Notes under the pieces: model-generated
The model's input: the letters and a program-made list of their open reading frames with translations, nothing else
What the model was told of the DNA's origin: nothing
Database searches by the model: none
DNA from: a virus
DNA length: 64,000 nt
Virus record (IMG/VR): IMGVR_UViG_3300010885_057925
Location: 1 to 64,000 of that record
Reading direction: 5' to 3' (one strand)
Shown: positions 63,352-64,000 of the stretch, one piece after another
Layout: each line of letters begins with the position of its first letter
Position numbering within the stretch: position 1 is the first letter of the stretch
Made by a program: the position numbers and the translations under genes

Positions 63352-64000
63352 CTTTTGACTCGAGCTCCTGCTGTAGCTGGGTTAGTTGCATGAACTTTAC
63401 GACAGTATCGTCATCGAGCCGAGTGATGTCTATACCGTTGACTTGCTTGCTTATATCGTCTATTTTCTCAAGAAGAATTGTGCTGTTTGTGTTTTCTTTG
63501 AGTCTTTGAAGGCCTCTGTTAACTCGACGCTTCGTAGATTCTAAGAGTTTAACATCGGTTCTTCCCATCACGTAATCCTTAATGATGGAAGCCTGCTCAT
63601 GCGTTAGCTTTCCCGACCATTTCTTCTCGAACTTCTCTGTCATGAGCTTAACGGACAGAGCGTTAACATTTTCATCCACCATTTCATCAAGATCGGGTGT
63701 GGTGCCCTTATCTTTCTTAAGCCATTCGACCAGCTTGTGCTCATAATCAGTGACTCTCACGAGAGATGCATCGTCCGACTTTCTCCAATCGTTTATTAGA
63801 GTTTGAATCGTAGCATAAAGACGATACTCTTTGACGGGTTGATTGAAAAAATCGACATCATCTAGCGTGTGATTTATCTCGCGAATCAATTTGGATTTCT
63901 CAACGTCTAGCTGCTGCTGCGAGAACATGCGCGCTCCACGACGAGCTTCTTCGAGTATCCTAACTGCAAGCGGCTCAGATCGAGTAGTCGTGTTCAGAAG
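63344..64000 (-). CDS. Head-module protein (5' end beyond the window)
   Basis: The frame stays open from 63928 to 64000 (LLNTTTRSEPLAVRILEEARRGARMF...); EKSKLIREIN...Y..YATI pattern. Confidence 0.7.
   Translation of the reverse strand, partial: LLNTTTRSEPLAVRILEEARRGARMFSQQQLDVEKSKLIREINHTLDDVDFFNQPVKEYRLYATIQTLINDWRKSDDASLVRVTDYEHKLVEWLKKDKGTTPDLDEMVDENVNALSVKLMTEKFEKKWSGKLTHEQASIIKDYVMGRTDVKLLESTKRRVNRGLQRLKENTNSTILLEKIDDISKQVNGIDITRLDDDTVVKFMQLTQLQQELESKDE

Noticed and set aside
1-64000. tRNA or rRNA genes, integrase, transposase, or a cellular contractile injection system
   Set aside because: None was recognised and the intergenic gaps are short. Capsid, protease and replication genes indicate a lytic-type phage.

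Overview
This window is 64 kb of a large, probably jumbo, T4-like myovirus genome with essentially every real gene on the minus strand. Right to left it carries a head module (gp21-like prohead protease, small core proteins, scaffold, gp23-like major capsid) and an inserted nucleotidyltransferase/ligase gene pair. It continues with neck proteins, a tail terminator, two tandem tail sheaths, the tail tube, a tail chaperone pair with an apparent frameshift, tape measure and baseplate. A replication and nucleotide-metabolism block follows: PolA core, HD-like protein, gp32-like SSB, RecA, a free-standing NUMOD3/EDxHD-like endonuclease, 5'-3' exonuclease, helicase, intein-containing NrdJ, ClpP, ThyX, eukaryote-type phosphomannomutase, MBD4-like and Nei-like glycosylases and a dUTPase/dCTPase. 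The left end has fibre-like proteins, a J-domain protein, DnaE, a beta-glucosyltransferase-like enzyme and a dNMP kinase. The best candidate for a new system is in the 5'-3' exonuclease gene. Its conserved catalytic motif is interrupted by CTT-TAG-CTC (Leu-stop-Leu) at the base of a strong hairpin, and the gene is overlapped by the homing endonuclease. This suggests a minimal 6-nt ribosomal bypass plus endonuclease cassette analogous to T4 gene 60/mobA. Other observations are a recurring ATAnTTA late-promoter motif, a recurring LRxII/LxE peptide tag on putative head-packaged proteins, and a possible DNA sugar-modification pathway. All assignments come from motif recognition by eye; no database search was run.
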